64,000 bases of DNA from Alphaproteobacteria bacterium (GCA_022825235.1 JAJDYI010000016.1:3365-67364); one strand, 5' to 3'; shown: positions 36,317 to 45,862, counted from the first letter of the stretch. Notes: generated from the sequence alone by a model not told the origin. Made by a program: numbers and translations.

Positions 36317-37360
36317 TCAAGCTGGGCGGGCCAGACGGGCGAGTGTTGCGGTATCGAAACGATATCCGAACAATCGCCCGTCGGAGTCCCCGCCCAGCAA
36401 GTGGCCCCCATTCGGGGACCACGCAAGTCCCGTGACGGGACTGCTTGACGCGGTCACCAGGCTGTGCCGCTGTGGCCGCGTCGCCAAGCTCACCAACTCG
36501 AGACCGCCATCGTTGTAACCAGCGGCTGCCAGGGCGAAGCTTGGATTCGCGCAAACATTGCCGATCAACTGTTCGCTGTAGCGTCCCAGCATGCGTGGTG
36601 CCGCCGCCGGCAGGCGGCCGTCCGAGAACGGCCAACCGCTCACCGTGTCGGCCCCGGAGGCGAGCAGCCACGCGCCGTCAGCGCTCCAGCTGAGAGCCTT
36701 CACCTTGTTGAAGCATGGCCCGAGACTGGCGTCTCGTCCAGCAACGAGGTCCCAGGCGTGCACTGTTTTTTCCTGGGTCGCCGTCACCACGAACCGTCCA
36801 TCACGGCTCCAGCTAAGATTGAGGTGCGAGCCCCGGTGAAACAGACGTTGCGGCTCGCCAAATCGCCCGTCCAGCGTCCACACGCTGACCCCGTTGTAGT
36901 GCGAGACGGCCAGACGCCGGCCGCTGCCGTCAAAGGCCATGCCGGCGACGGTGCTCGGATGCTCTCCAAGGACGCCAGCCGGCCGGCCTTCGGCATCCAG
37001 CAGCCGGACTTCCGGACCGTCGGAGACCGCCCTCAGACCGCACGGGTGGGCAGCGAGTTGATCAGGCCAGGAACGGGTCAGCTGCATCAACTCCCGGGGC
37101 TTGTCCTCGGCGTGCACCTGGTAGACGGCACCGTCATCAGCCCCGCACAGGAAGCCAAGCTCCCGGCAATCGGCAGTCAGTGCCAGAACCGCGCCTTTGT
37201 TCAGCGCCCGGACCGAGAGAGACGGTTCCTGGTCGAGAAGGGCGACCATGCGGACGCAACCATCCCCTCCTGAGAAAGCCGCAAACCGCCCGCTGCGCTC
37301 AACACAAACGCCGGTCAGCGGCGCGTCCACCGTCCAGCGTTCGAGCGCATAGTCGATCAT
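36317..37360 (-). CDS. WD40-type beta-propeller protein, no signal peptide
   Basis: 347 aa with repeated strand patterns ending in W/D-type dipeptides (VSVWTLDG, TVHAWDLVAG, LSWSADGAWLLASGADTVSGW, LAWSPNGGHLLGGDSDGRLFGY). The N-terminus MIDYALERW is not hydrophobic. Confidence 0.75.
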   Translation of the reverse strand: MIDYALERWTVDAPLTGVCVERSGRFAAFSGGDGCVRMVALLDQEPSLSVRALNKGAVLALTADCRELGFLCGADDGAVYQVHAEDKPRELMQLTRSWPDQLAAHPCGLRAVSDGPEVRLLDAEGRPAGVLGEHPSTVAGMAFDGSGRRLAVSHYNGVSVWTLDGRFGEPQRLFHRGSHLNLSWSRDGRFVVTATQEKTVHAWDLVAGRDASLGPCFNKVKALSWSADGAWLLASGADTVSGWPFSDGRLPAAAPRMLGRYSEQLIGNVCANPSFALAAAGYNDGGLELVSLATRPQRHSLVTASSSPVTGLAWSPNGGHLLGGDSDGRLFGYRFDTATLARLARPA

Positions 37361-37637
37361 CGCCTGATGCCAGACCGCCCGCTGAAGGGTATTCGCCGGC
37401 CGCAGTGCGCAGGCCTCCTCGGACAGGCAAGCAAAACCCTTGAGCCACCGAAAAACGGGAACATGCGACAGCTACTGGATGTGCCGGCTTATCGCTGGGA
37501 AGACAACCTTCGCCATGCCCTAGCGCAGGGTATCCCGCCGGCGCGCAACGTGCCCACTCGATGACCGGGCCACCCTTTCCAACCGCCGGCCAGCGGGATT
37601 CGGTTCGGCTCGGCCGGTCGTGCAAAAGCAGCCACGC

Positions 37638-38981
37638 TCATCGCACCCTGCAATCGCGCAACCCCTGTTCCAGCCCAGCTTCATCCAGATTGCGGCCGAT
37701 AAAGACCAACCGGCTGGTGCGGGGTTGGTCGCCCCAGGCGTCGCCTGGCTGGCCATCGAACAGCATGTGCACGCCCTGAAACACGAACCGCAGGTCTTCA
37801 CCCGCGATCGCCACGATGCCCTTCATGCGGAAGATATCGGGGCCCTGGGTCTGCAAGAGCCGGCTCAGCCAGGCGTTGAGTGCTGCACGGTCGATCTCGC
37901 CGTCGAGTTCCAGCGCGACCGAACCGACCGTGTCGTCGTGCGTGTGCTCCGGGTTGAAGACGTGCTCCGCAGCGATGTCCATCTCCGCGCCGGCGGCATC
38001 GAAGAACCCGGCGTTGAACTCCTCCGGCATGTGCTCGGTAAACAGTGCGTACAGACCCGGCTGATCGACTGCCAGCGTGTACTCATAGTGATCGGCATCC
38101 GTGAGCGCGAGCGTCCAGAGGGTTTCGCCCGGGGACATCGCAGCGCCGGGCTGCAGCAACTCACCGGATGCGGAGAAGCGCGTGTAAACGCGTTCCGCGG
38201 TCTCCATCAGGACCTCGGACGTGGCCGCATCGACGGGCTCCAGCACCGCCGACATGACAGGGTCCGGGCCGTTCTGAAGCTTGAACGTTGCCTCGCTGCC
38301 GAGATGCAGCACGCCGCCCCACTCGAACGGGTACTCGGGTTCAAGGAAACCCGGTTTGAGTTCGAGGGCGCGGTCGAGATCGAAGCCGCCGACATCGAGC
38401 ACTTGCTCCATAGGGGCGTCGGCCATCTGAACCCGCTCAATCCGGGCCATGGCATTCATCGACCTGAGCCGCCGCTCAAGCGCATCGAGTGCCTCGGCTT
38501 CGACCAGATCGATTTTGTTGATCAGGATCACGTCAGCGAAAGCGATTTGCGACGTGGCTTCCTCGCTGTCGTCGAGATGCAACTCGGCATGTTTCGCATC
38601 GACCAGCGTGATGACGCCGTCCAGGTCAAAGGATTCGCGGGTATCGTCATCGACGAAGAACGTCTGTGCCACCGGGCCCGGGTCTGCTAGGCCGGTGGTC
38701 TCCACCAGGATCCGGTCGAACTTGTCGCGCCGCTTGACAAGGTTGCCCAGGATCCGGATCAGGTCGCCCCGCACGGTGCAGCAGATGCAGCCGTTGTTCA
38801 TCTCGAAGATTTCTTCGTCGGCATTGATCACCATGTCCTGATCGACGCCGATTTCGCCGAATTCGTTCTCGATCACAGCGATCCGCTGACCGTGGTTTTC
38901 AGTCAGAATACGGTTAAGCAACGTGGTTTTGCCGCTACCGAGAAACCCGGTCAGCACGGTTACGGGGATATGCTGGGTCAT
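37638..38981 (-). CDS. COG0523 family G3E GTPase (ZigA/YeiR/CobW-like zinc metallochaperone candidate) with a long internal insertion
   Basis: 447 aa: [17 protein letters not shown] (Walker A), ENEFGE, GCICCT (CxCC), [15 protein letters not shown] (NKxD), a short His cluster EHTHDD, and a CobW_C end ([11 protein letters not shown]...[11 protein letters not shown]). About 125 extra residues (aa 216-340) separate the G domain from the C domain. Confidence 0.9.
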   Translation of the reverse strand: MTQHIPVTVLTGFLGSGKTTLLNRILTENHGQRIAVIENEFGEIGVDQDMVINADEEIFEMNNGCICCTVRGDLIRILGNLVKRRDKFDRILVETTGLADPGPVAQTFFVDDDTRESFDLDGVITLVDAKHAELHLDDSEEATSQIAFADVILINKIDLVEAEALDALERRLRSMNAMARIERVQMADAPMEQVLDVGGFDLDRALELKPGFLEPEYPFEWGGVLHLGSEATFKLQNGPDPVMSAVLEPVDAATSEVLMETAERVYTRFSASGELLQPGAAMSPGETLWTLALTDADHYEYTLAVDQPGLYALFTEHMPEEFNAGFFDAAGAEMDIAAEHVFNPEHTHDDTVGSVALELDGEIDRAALNAWLSRLLQTQGPDIFRMKGIVAIAGEDLRFVFQGVHMLFDGQPGDAWGDQPRTSRLVFIGRNLDEAGLEQGLRDCRVR

Positions 38982-38995
38982 CTCGCAATCCTGTT

Positions 38996-39013
38996 TGTTA
39001 CAATATTACACAT
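38996..39013 (-). promoter_or_regulatory. Candidate Zur box upstream of the COG0523 GTPase
   Basis: TGTTACAATATTACACAT lies 15-32 nt upstream of the ATG at 38981. It is AT-rich and partly palindromic and resembles the boxes at 35086 and 42363, but the symmetry is imperfect. Confidence 0.35.
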
Positions 39014-39578
39014 TAGCGCGAACCCCGGCGAAATTCGACAATTTTCCAATGCGCGGGAGCGGCGCCCCATCGGAGGGCGGGGACCTTTGGCCGTGGTCTC
39101 TGTCGGCCCCGGCAAGGATGAATGCCCGCGCGCTACCAATGGGCCGGCACTGATCGCAGCGGAACGATAACGCTTCAACGACACACAGCGGACTCGGGTG
39201 CGATCGATCCGAACAGCACGCTCATGCGCACCAGAGGTCAACTCTGTTGACGACAAGAGCACCCTCGTCCGCTATCTCGAGCGTCTCAACCCTTTCGAGC
39301 GCACAAGGCGTTGTCTCAAGTGCATGCAGCTCAGCACTCGGATTTGAAGCTGCCGGGGCATCAAAGTTGAGAGGGATCGATCTCATCGATCCCGCCCCGA
39401 ATTCGTGCGGCAGGCTCATGACGCCAGATCGCTGCAGGGTGTCCGGACGACAAATGGGCCCTTGCCCCTCGGACATACCTGCGACCATGACACCGGTGAC
39501 TTGGGACGACAAACTCTCGCAAACGGAATGCATGCCTCCGCGTCGTTCCTCGCCGCGAAGCGTCCACCTGCCGACCGG

Positions 39579-40496
39579 TCAGGTCGAAAGCGCCCGCGCA
39601 AGTGTCAAGGCGTTGTAGCGCATCATGTCCAGATAGGTAGACGCCGGGCCGTCCGGTTCGGACAGCGAATCGGAGTAAAGCGTCCCGCCGATGGAGGCGC
39701 CGGTTTCGTTGGCGATCTGTTCGAGCAGGCGCGAGTCCGTGATGGACTCGACAAAGATGGCCTTGATCCCCTCTTCGCGAATCTGCCGGATCAGGGCAGC
39801 GACGTCCGCAGCGGACGGCTCACTTTCAGTGCTCACGCCATGTGGCGCCACAAAATGCAAACCGTAGGTCTCGGAAAAATACCCAAAGGCGTCGTGGGAG
39901 GTAACGACAGTGCGCCCATCCTCGGGCAACCCCGCGACAATCTCGCGGATCTCGGCATCCAGCGCCTTGATCTCGGCCACATAGGCCGCTCGGTTCCGGT
40001 AGTACGAGGATGCGTTCGCAGGATCGACCGCGGCCAGCACCGCGGTGATGTTATCCACGTAAACCACTGCATTGGCAAGGCTTTGCCACGCATGCGGGTC
40101 GTAAGCGGCATGATCGTCGTTACCCTCAAACGCGATCGGCGCGATCCCTTCGGACGCCACCACGCGGATGCCGTCAAAGTTCGATGCCTCGACCAGCCGG
40201 TGCAGCCAGCCTTCGAATGCGAGGCCGTTGAACACGAGGATGTCAGCCTGGCTCACGGCACGTGCATCTGCCGGGACCGGTTGGTAGACATGCGCGTCGC
40301 CATCGGCTCCCACGAGCGTCGTGACGGCAACGTGATCACCGCCGATGCGCTCGACCATGTCTCCCAGTATCGAGAAGGTGGCAACCACTGGGACGGGGGT
40401 GTCGGACCAGGTCGACGTCGGGGCGGCCAACGACAGGCCTACGAGGGCGGTTGCGAATTTCAGCAGGCTTCTGCGGCTGGGCATCAGATCGTCCAT
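39579..40496 (-). CDS. znuA: Metal (Zn/Mn-type, cluster A-I) ABC transporter substrate-binding protein
   Basis: 305 aa with an N-terminal SRRSLLKFATALVGLSLAAP. It has DAHVYQP, YDPHAWQS, TSHDAFGYF and a ZnuA/TroA-like layout. The inter-lobe loop is short (EGNDDHAAYDPHAW), so there is no long His-rich loop. It forms an operon with the permease and ATPase. Confidence 0.8.
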   Translation of the reverse strand: MDDLMPSRRSLLKFATALVGLSLAAPTSTWSDTPVPVVATFSILGDMVERIGGDHVAVTTLVGADGDAHVYQPVPADARAVSQADILVFNGLAFEGWLHRLVEASNFDGIRVVASEGIAPIAFEGNDDHAAYDPHAWQSLANAVVYVDNITAVLAAVDPANASSYYRNRAAYVAEIKALDAEIREIVAGLPEDGRTVVTSHDAFGYFSETYGLHFVAPHGVSTESEPSAADVAALIRQIREEGIKAIFVESITDSRLLEQIANETGASIGGTLYSDSLSEPDGPASTYLDMMRYNALTLARALST

Positions 40497-41363
40497 TTAG
40501 GCTTCGACGTTACGACGCGGCAAGACTGGCGCAGCAAGACTGCCCACGGGCCCCAGGGTCAGCGACAGCCCGTAGGCGAGGCCCGCTGCGAGAATAATCG
40601 CCGGCCCGGACGGCAGTCCGAAATGGTAGGAGACGAGGAGACCGCAGCCGCTCGCGACGATGGCGATCGCGACCGCGACAAGGATCAGCCCGCCAATGCT
40701 GACGGCCCAGAAGCGCGCGGCGGCGGCCGGAACGATCATGATGCCGACCGCCATCAGCGTGCCGAGCGCATGAAAGCCGCTGACGAGGTTTATGACGACG
40801 AGCGCAAGGAAGGTGAAATGAGTCACAGCGCTCAGCCCGCTCACCGTGCGCAGGAACTGCGGGTCTGCACACTCTAGAACCAACGGGCGGAAGAGAAGTG
40901 CGAGCGCGATCAGCGTAAGGCTCGTGATGCTGCACAGTAGGATCAGCGCCGAGTCGTCGAGCGCGAGCACGGTGCCAAAGAGCACGTGCATCAAATCGAT
41001 ATTGCTCCCGCGGGTGGAGACGATCAGCACGCCAAGCGACAGCGATATCAGGTAGAAGGCGGCAAGGCTCGCATCCTCGCGCAAAGCCGTAACGCGGGTC
41101 ACGAAGCCCGAAAGCAGCGCCACGGCCATGCCGGCGACCAGACCGCCGACCGTCATGGCCCCGAGTGAGAGCCCCGCGACGAGATAGCCGACGGCAGCGC
41201 CGGGCAGAATTGCGTGCGCCATTGCATCGCCTGTCAGGCTCATCCGGCGCAACATCAGAAAGACGCCGACCGGCGTCGCGCCCGCCGAGATCGCGATGCA
41301 ACCCAGCATGGCGCGGCGCATGAAGCCAAATTCAGCAAATGGCTGAATCAAAGCTTCCCACAT
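40497..41363 (-). CDS. znuB: Metal ABC transporter permease (ABC-3 family)
   Basis: I prefer the ATG at 41363 (MWEALIQPFAEFGFMRRAMLG), which overlaps the znuC stop by 1 nt (TAATG). The protein is polytopic, and its stop abuts the znuA start. Confidence 0.85.
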   Translation of the reverse strand: MWEALIQPFAEFGFMRRAMLGCIAISAGATPVGVFLMLRRMSLTGDAMAHAILPGAAVGYLVAGLSLGAMTVGGLVAGMAVALLSGFVTRVTALREDASLAAFYLISLSLGVLIVSTRGSNIDLMHVLFGTVLALDDSALILLCSITSLTLIALALLFRPLVLECADPQFLRTVSGLSAVTHFTFLALVVINLVSGFHALGTLMAVGIMIVPAAAARFWAVSIGGLILVAVAIAIVASGCGLLVSYHFGLPSGPAIILAAGLAYGLSLTLGPVGSLAAPVLPRRNVEA

Positions 41364-42106
41364 TACAAGGCGTCTCTCCCGCAATCGTGGGGTGGGCCAA
41401 CACAGGCCTCACACATCTGGCGGGCGCGGAACTGGTTCGCGGCCGTCAACACTTCTGCCGTGGGTCCATGCGCCACGAGATCACGAGCCAGTATCAGGGT
41501 CTCGGGGAAATACGCCCGAACAGTCTCCACATCGTGCAGAACGGTGATCACGGTGCGCCCCTCTCCATGCCATCGCCGCACCACCCCCAGGAGATCGATC
41601 ATCGTCTTGGCATCGATGGCCAAGAACGGCTCGTCAAGCAGCACGAGCCGCGCGTCCTGAAGCAGGAGGCGCGCGAAGAGCGCCCGCTGGATCTGCCCGC
41701 CAGACAACGAGCCGATGGGTCGGGACTCAAACCCGGTGAGACCGACGGCTGAAATGGCATCGTCGACCTGCGCGCGATGCGCGGCGCGCAGCCCGAAAAA
41801 CCCGCCGATCTCGCTCCAGAGGCCCACCGCCACGAGATCGACCACCGTGATCGGAAACGATCGGTCGATGTCCGACTGCTGCGGCAGGTAGGCGATCTCG
41901 TTCCTCGTGCAGGTTCCGAAGTCGACGTGCCCTGCGAGTGGACGCAGGTCACCCGTCACCCCCCTTAGCAGCGTCGACTTACCCGCGCCGTTGGGCCCCA
42001 CGATGGCGGTCAAACTGCCGTCGGCTACCTCGCCATCAACGCGACGCACAGCCGGATGCCGGTCATAGCCGAGGGTCAGCTCCCGGAATGCAACGGCGTA
42101 GGTCAT
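41363..42106 (-). CDS. znuC: Metal ABC transporter ATP-binding protein
   Basis: From the ATG at 42106: MTYAVAFRELTLGYDRHP..., GPNGAGKSTLL (Walker A), LSGGQIQRALFARLL (signature) and LVLLDEPF (Walker B). Confidence 0.85.
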   Translation of the reverse strand: MTYAVAFRELTLGYDRHPAVRRVDGEVADGSLTAIVGPNGAGKSTLLRGVTGDLRPLAGHVDFGTCTRNEIAYLPQQSDIDRSFPITVVDLVAVGLWSEIGGFFGLRAAHRAQVDDAISAVGLTGFESRPIGSLSGGQIQRALFARLLLQDARLVLLDEPFLAIDAKTMIDLLGVVRRWHGEGRTVITVLHDVETVRAYFPETLILARDLVAHGPTAEVLTAANQFRARQMCEACVGPPHDCGRDAL

Positions 42107-42237
42107 AGGCCCCCCGGTGTGGACGTCGCCCAGAAGAATCCGGCCCACAGCGCCATTACGATCAGTATCGCACCGGCCAGCCGCGGACCGACGCCGATGA
42201 GAAGCATCCGGCGCGCGGTGTGGCGCCAGACTCTCAT
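42103..42237 (-). CDS. Candidate 44-aa single-pass membrane protein, translationally coupled to znuC
   Basis: This is an internal ATG of the 77-aa track ORF: MRVWRHTARRMLLIGVGPRLAGAILIVMALWAGFFWATSTPGGL. GGAGG lies 7 nt upstream, 35 of 44 codons end in G/C, and the stop overlaps the znuC start as ATGA. Confidence 0.45.
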   Translation of the reverse strand: MRVWRHTARRMLLIGVGPRLAGAILIVMALWAGFFWATSTPGGL

Positions 42238-42362
42238 GCCGGAGCCTCCGCCGAGTGCGCGGGCGTCACCTCGCCGCACTGCCATATGATGGCAAGCGGC
42301 CCTACCCGCACGTTCTCGCCACACTTCTTCACGCAACCCTCATACTCTTCCCTCGAGCCAGA

Positions 42363-42379
42363 ACGTTATATTATATCAT
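42363..42379. promoter_or_regulatory. Candidate Zur box in the divergent znuC / DUF2796 control region
   Basis: ACGTTATATTATATCAT (reverse complement ATGATATAATATAACGT) is a near-palindrome sitting in the only AT-rich stretch of the 575-bp intergenic region. Confidence 0.5.
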
Positions 42380-42680
42380 ATTATGACTCAAGGGCCTGAT
42401 CGAGCTTGCGTCCAACCCCGCGCGACTGCCACCCGAGGGCGTCACTGACTTGCTGCCGCACCATGATCACCTTTCCCCCGGCATTTTGTCGGGCGCTGAT
42501 CCTGAGAGCAGCACATCACGCGATCCGCACCCGTGCCTGGAATTCCTGAGGTTTCCTGACGGCCGCCGCGCACTCGTGCCCATCGGAAACTGCTGCATCG
42601 GGTACCGTCGCCGTAAGGTGATGCTATATCATTTGTTCTCGCGCTGAAGTCGGATCAGCGAGCCTCCTGGAGGACACGAA

Positions 42681-43301
42681 GTGACATCTGTTCGGAAATG
42701 GCACCCCCCGTACCGGATGCTGCCGGCGGTGGCTTTGGTTCCCGCCTTCCTTGCTTCGTCCGCGTTGGCAGCGAATCACGAGCACCGCGAGCATGACGCC
42801 CATGCGCATGGCCATGGAACCCTCGACATCGTGGTGGAAGGCGAGCTGGCAATGCTCGAGCTCCGCATGCCTGGCGTGAACGTCGTCGGTTTTGAGCATG
42901 CTCCGAAGGACGACGCCGAGCACGAGGCAGTGCGGCGGGCACTGGAACCTCTTCAAGACGGGGCCTCTGTCTTCGTGCTCACACCGGAGGCCGACTGCGT
43001 GATGGAGCACTCCGCAGCCGAGATCACCGCTGTAGCGGACGACGAGCATCATGACGATGGGCATCACGACGCCGATGAACACGGCGAGCACGAGGCCGAT
43101 GCCGGTGAAGAAGAGCATTCCGAACTGCGCGCGACGTATCAATTTCGTTGTGGTGCGCCGGAACGGCTTGACCGGATCGAGACGCATGTGCTCGAGCATC
43201 TGCACGACGTCGAGGAAATCGAGGTGCGGGCAGTTACGCTGACGGAGCAACTGGCAACGGAACTACACGAGGGGTCGACGGTCGTGGACCTCACGCCCTG
43301 A
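42681..43301 (+). CDS. DUF2796-like His-rich periplasmic metal-binding protein (ZrgA / PA4063-like)
   Basis: GTG start with GGAGG 7 nt upstream. It has a signal peptide (LPAVALVPAFLASSALA), then NHEHREHDAHAHGHG and DDEHHDDGHHDADEHGEHEADAGEEEH. The family name is from memory. Confidence 0.7.
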   Translation: MTSVRKWHPPYRMLPAVALVPAFLASSALAANHEHREHDAHAHGHGTLDIVVEGELAMLELRMPGVNVVGFEHAPKDDAEHEAVRRALEPLQDGASVFVLTPEADCVMEHSAAEITAVADDEHHDDGHHDADEHGEHEADAGEEEHSELRATYQFRCGAPERLDRIETHVLEHLHDVEEIEVRAVTLTEQLATELHEGSTVVDLTP

Positions 43302-43568
43302 CACCGAGCTTCAAGAACGCGCATATTCGATCTTGCAGTAACCTAGAGTGTCCCGTCCTCATCGACGATCGTTGTCCATCGAGTTGCGTCGGGACGAGCG
43401 GCAGTCCCAGGGCGGTCGACGTATTGCCTGCAGACCCAGGATGGTGCTGGCCGCGAGGAAAACGATCATGATCGAGCGCGGGCACCGACGCGCAGGAAGC
43501 CCGGCAGGAAAGCCGTTTCAGTCGCTCAGTCCCGTCGCGCCGGGGAGGGCTTGAGAGCAGAGCTTGGG

Positions 43569-44291
43569 ATGATCGTCGAAATTGACCACGTCCGATTTGC
43601 TTGGAAACCCGGTCAACGCGACATCCTCGACATCGCTTGTCTGCAGATCGCTGCCGGGGAAAGAGTATTCATCGAAGGGCCGAGCGGCAGCGGCAAGAGC
43701 ACACTGTTCAGCCTGCTCGGCGGCGTGGTAAGCCCGCAACAGGGAACGGTGCGGGTTCTTCAGGCGGAAATCTCGCGGATGCCCGCGTCCAAGCGCGACC
43801 AGTTTCGCGCCGATCACATCGGCTTCGTGTTCCAGATGTTCAATCTCGTGCCTTACCTGTCGATGATTGACAACGTCGTTCTGCCTTGCCGCTTCTCGCA
43901 GCGGCGGCTGGCGCGGGCGGCAACTAGGTCAGGCTCACCCGAAGCAGAAGCGCGTCGCCTACTCGTCCGCCTGGGGCTGGAACCGGCCGAACTGCAGGCC
44001 CGGGTGGCGACCGAACTCAGCATCGGTCAGCAACAGCGCGTGGCCATCGCGCGAGCACTGATCGGGGCGCCGGAGTTGATCATGGCGGACGAGCCGACTT
44101 CGGCCCTGGACGAGGGCTCGCGTCAGCGCTTCCTCGAAGTCTTGTCCGAACAATGCAATGAAGCCGGTGTGTCTCTCCTGTTCGCGAGCCATGATGCGCG
44201 CCTGGGCACCTCGTTCGACCGCAGGATTGCAATCGCGGAGTTGACCCCTGAAGGCTCCATGAACGCGATCAGGCCATCTGAAGGGGCGTAG
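43569..44291 (+). CDS. ABC transporter ATP-binding protein (MacB/LolD-type)
   Basis: GPSGSGKSTLFS (Walker A), LSIGQQQRVAIARAL (signature) and LIMADEPTSALD (Walker B). The start is either the ATG at 43569 or the TTG at 43551 used by the track. Confidence 0.85.
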   Translation: MIVEIDHVRFAWKPGQRDILDIACLQIAAGERVFIEGPSGSGKSTLFSLLGGVVSPQQGTVRVLQAEISRMPASKRDQFRADHIGFVFQMFNLVPYLSMIDNVVLPCRFSQRRLARAATRSGSPEAEARRLLVRLGLEPAELQARVATELSIGQQQRVAIARALIGAPELIMADEPTSALDEGSRQRFLEVLSEQCNEAGVSLLFASHDARLGTSFDRRIAIAELTPEGSMNAIRPSEGA

Positions 44292-44600
44292 TGCGCTGCC
44301 ATCGTCCGACCAGCGGTGAAGCGGGGAGCCGACCGTCCCGGGACAGAAAAGCGTCCGCCGTCGTGCAATCCGCATATGCTCGAAGGGTCGCCCTTGGGCA
44401 GCAGAACTGGAGGACTGCACAGACGCGCATGGACAGGAACGTTGTCGACCGGGAACGAACTGGGCCAATGAGAAGCTTGCCCATTCCTATGGACGCGCCA
44501 TCCGGGCTGAACCGACAGCCGCTCTGCGCGGTGCCGAGCGCCGACGCCGAACCGTTGTGTGCGGTCGTGAACCGATGAATTCACCGGGATAGCGCGACCA

Positions 44601-45860
44601 ATGGCGATGGTCCGACTTGCGCTGCTCAGCGTATTGAGCCGTCGGGTTACGGCTGGACTAACCCTTCTTGCGATCGCGATCAGCGTGGCAATGCTGCTGG
44701 GAGTGGAAAAGGTTCGCCGCGACGCCCGTGGCGCCTTCGCCAATACCATATCCGGCACCGATCTTGTCGTCGGGGCCCGCAGCGGCGCGATTCAGTTGCT
44801 TCTCTACTCGGTATTCAGGATCGGAAACGCCACGAACAACATATCCTGGGAAACCTACCAGGACATCGGAAGCTTGCCCCGGGTCCGATGGACTGTGCCG
44901 ATTTCTCTCGGGGACTCCCATCGCGGCTTCCGGGTCATGGGAACCTCAACGGACTACTTCACGCACTATCGATACGCCCGGCACGAAACGCTGCGGTTCG
45001 CCGCCGGCAGGCCGTTCGTGGACGTCTTCGATGCAGTGCTCGGGGCGGAGGTCGTCAGGCAGCTCGGCTATGCGCTCGGTGACGAGATCATCGTCTCGCA
45101 CGGTGCCGGCGAAGTGAGCTTTCTGGAACACGACGACAAACCCTTCCGTGTGGCCGGGATCCTTGCTCCCACCGGCACGCCGGTCGATCGCACCGTGCAT
45201 GTGAGCGTCGAGGGCTTCACCGCCATGCATATCGACTGGAGCGCCGGGGCGCCGATTCCAGGCCTGACGGTGACGGGCGATCAAGCCCGCAGCATGGATC
45301 TCACGCCAAAGACCATCACCGCCTTCCTGGTGGGTCTGGACAGCAAGATCGCCATCTTCGACGTCCAGAGGCGGATCAACGACTACCGCGAGGAACCGGT
45401 CCTCGCGATTATTCCCGGCGTTGCCCTGCAGGAGCTGTGGGACATGATGAGCGTCGCCGAGAACCTGCTTCGCTTCGTATCCGCCATGGTGGTGGCGACC
45501 GGGTTACTGGGGATGCTGACCGTCATCCTCTCGAGTCTTGAGGCCAGACGCCGGGAAATGGCGGTGCTCCGCTCTGTGGGAGCGAGGCCCCTGCACGTGT
45601 TCGCATTATTCATGAGTGAGGCGACGGTGTTTGCGCTGGTCGGGGCGGCAACCGGAGTGGCCCTGCTTTACGTCGCGCTGCTGATCGGCCAACCGATGGT
45701 GGCGCGCGAATTTGGCCTGCATCTGCCGATCGCAATTCTCGGGCCGTCGGACTGGTGGATCATCCTGGCGGTGGTCGTGGCAGGGACCGCAGCCGGTGCC
45801 ATTCCTGCAATCCGGGCCTACCGACTGTCGCTCGCCGACGGTCTATCGATTAGGATTTGA
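44601..45860 (+). CDS. FtsX/MacB-type ABC transporter permease
   Basis: 419 aa with an N-terminal TM helix (LTLLAIAISVAMLLG), a large extracytoplasmic domain and three C-terminal TM helices with an FtsX-like pattern (REMAVLRSVGARPLHVF). Confidence 0.85.
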   Translation: MAMVRLALLSVLSRRVTAGLTLLAIAISVAMLLGVEKVRRDARGAFANTISGTDLVVGARSGAIQLLLYSVFRIGNATNNISWETYQDIGSLPRVRWTVPISLGDSHRGFRVMGTSTDYFTHYRYARHETLRFAAGRPFVDVFDAVLGAEVVRQLGYALGDEIIVSHGAGEVSFLEHDDKPFRVAGILAPTGTPVDRTVHVSVEGFTAMHIDWSAGAPIPGLTVTGDQARSMDLTPKTITAFLVGLDSKIAIFDVQRRINDYREEPVLAIIPGVALQELWDMMSVAENLLRFVSAMVVATGLLGMLTVILSSLEARRREMAVLRSVGARPLHVFALFMSEATVFALVGAATGVALLYVALLIGQPMVAREFGLHLPIAILGPSDWWIILAVVVAGTAAGAIPAIRAYRLSLADGLSIRI

Positions 45861-45862
45861 CA

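Noticed and set aside
36317-37360. WD40 protein as an AztD-type periplasmic zinc chaperone.
   Set aside because: AztD is exported. This ORF has an in-frame stop upstream and a non-hydrophobic N-terminus (MIDYALERW), so there is no signal peptide. I also could not recognise AztD-specific motifs.
43348-43554. 68-aa GTG-initiated basic ORF in the spacer between the DUF2796 gene and the ABC ATPase.
   Set aside because: It is Arg-rich with weak codon bias and no RBS or motif. It more likely reflects non-coding spacer.
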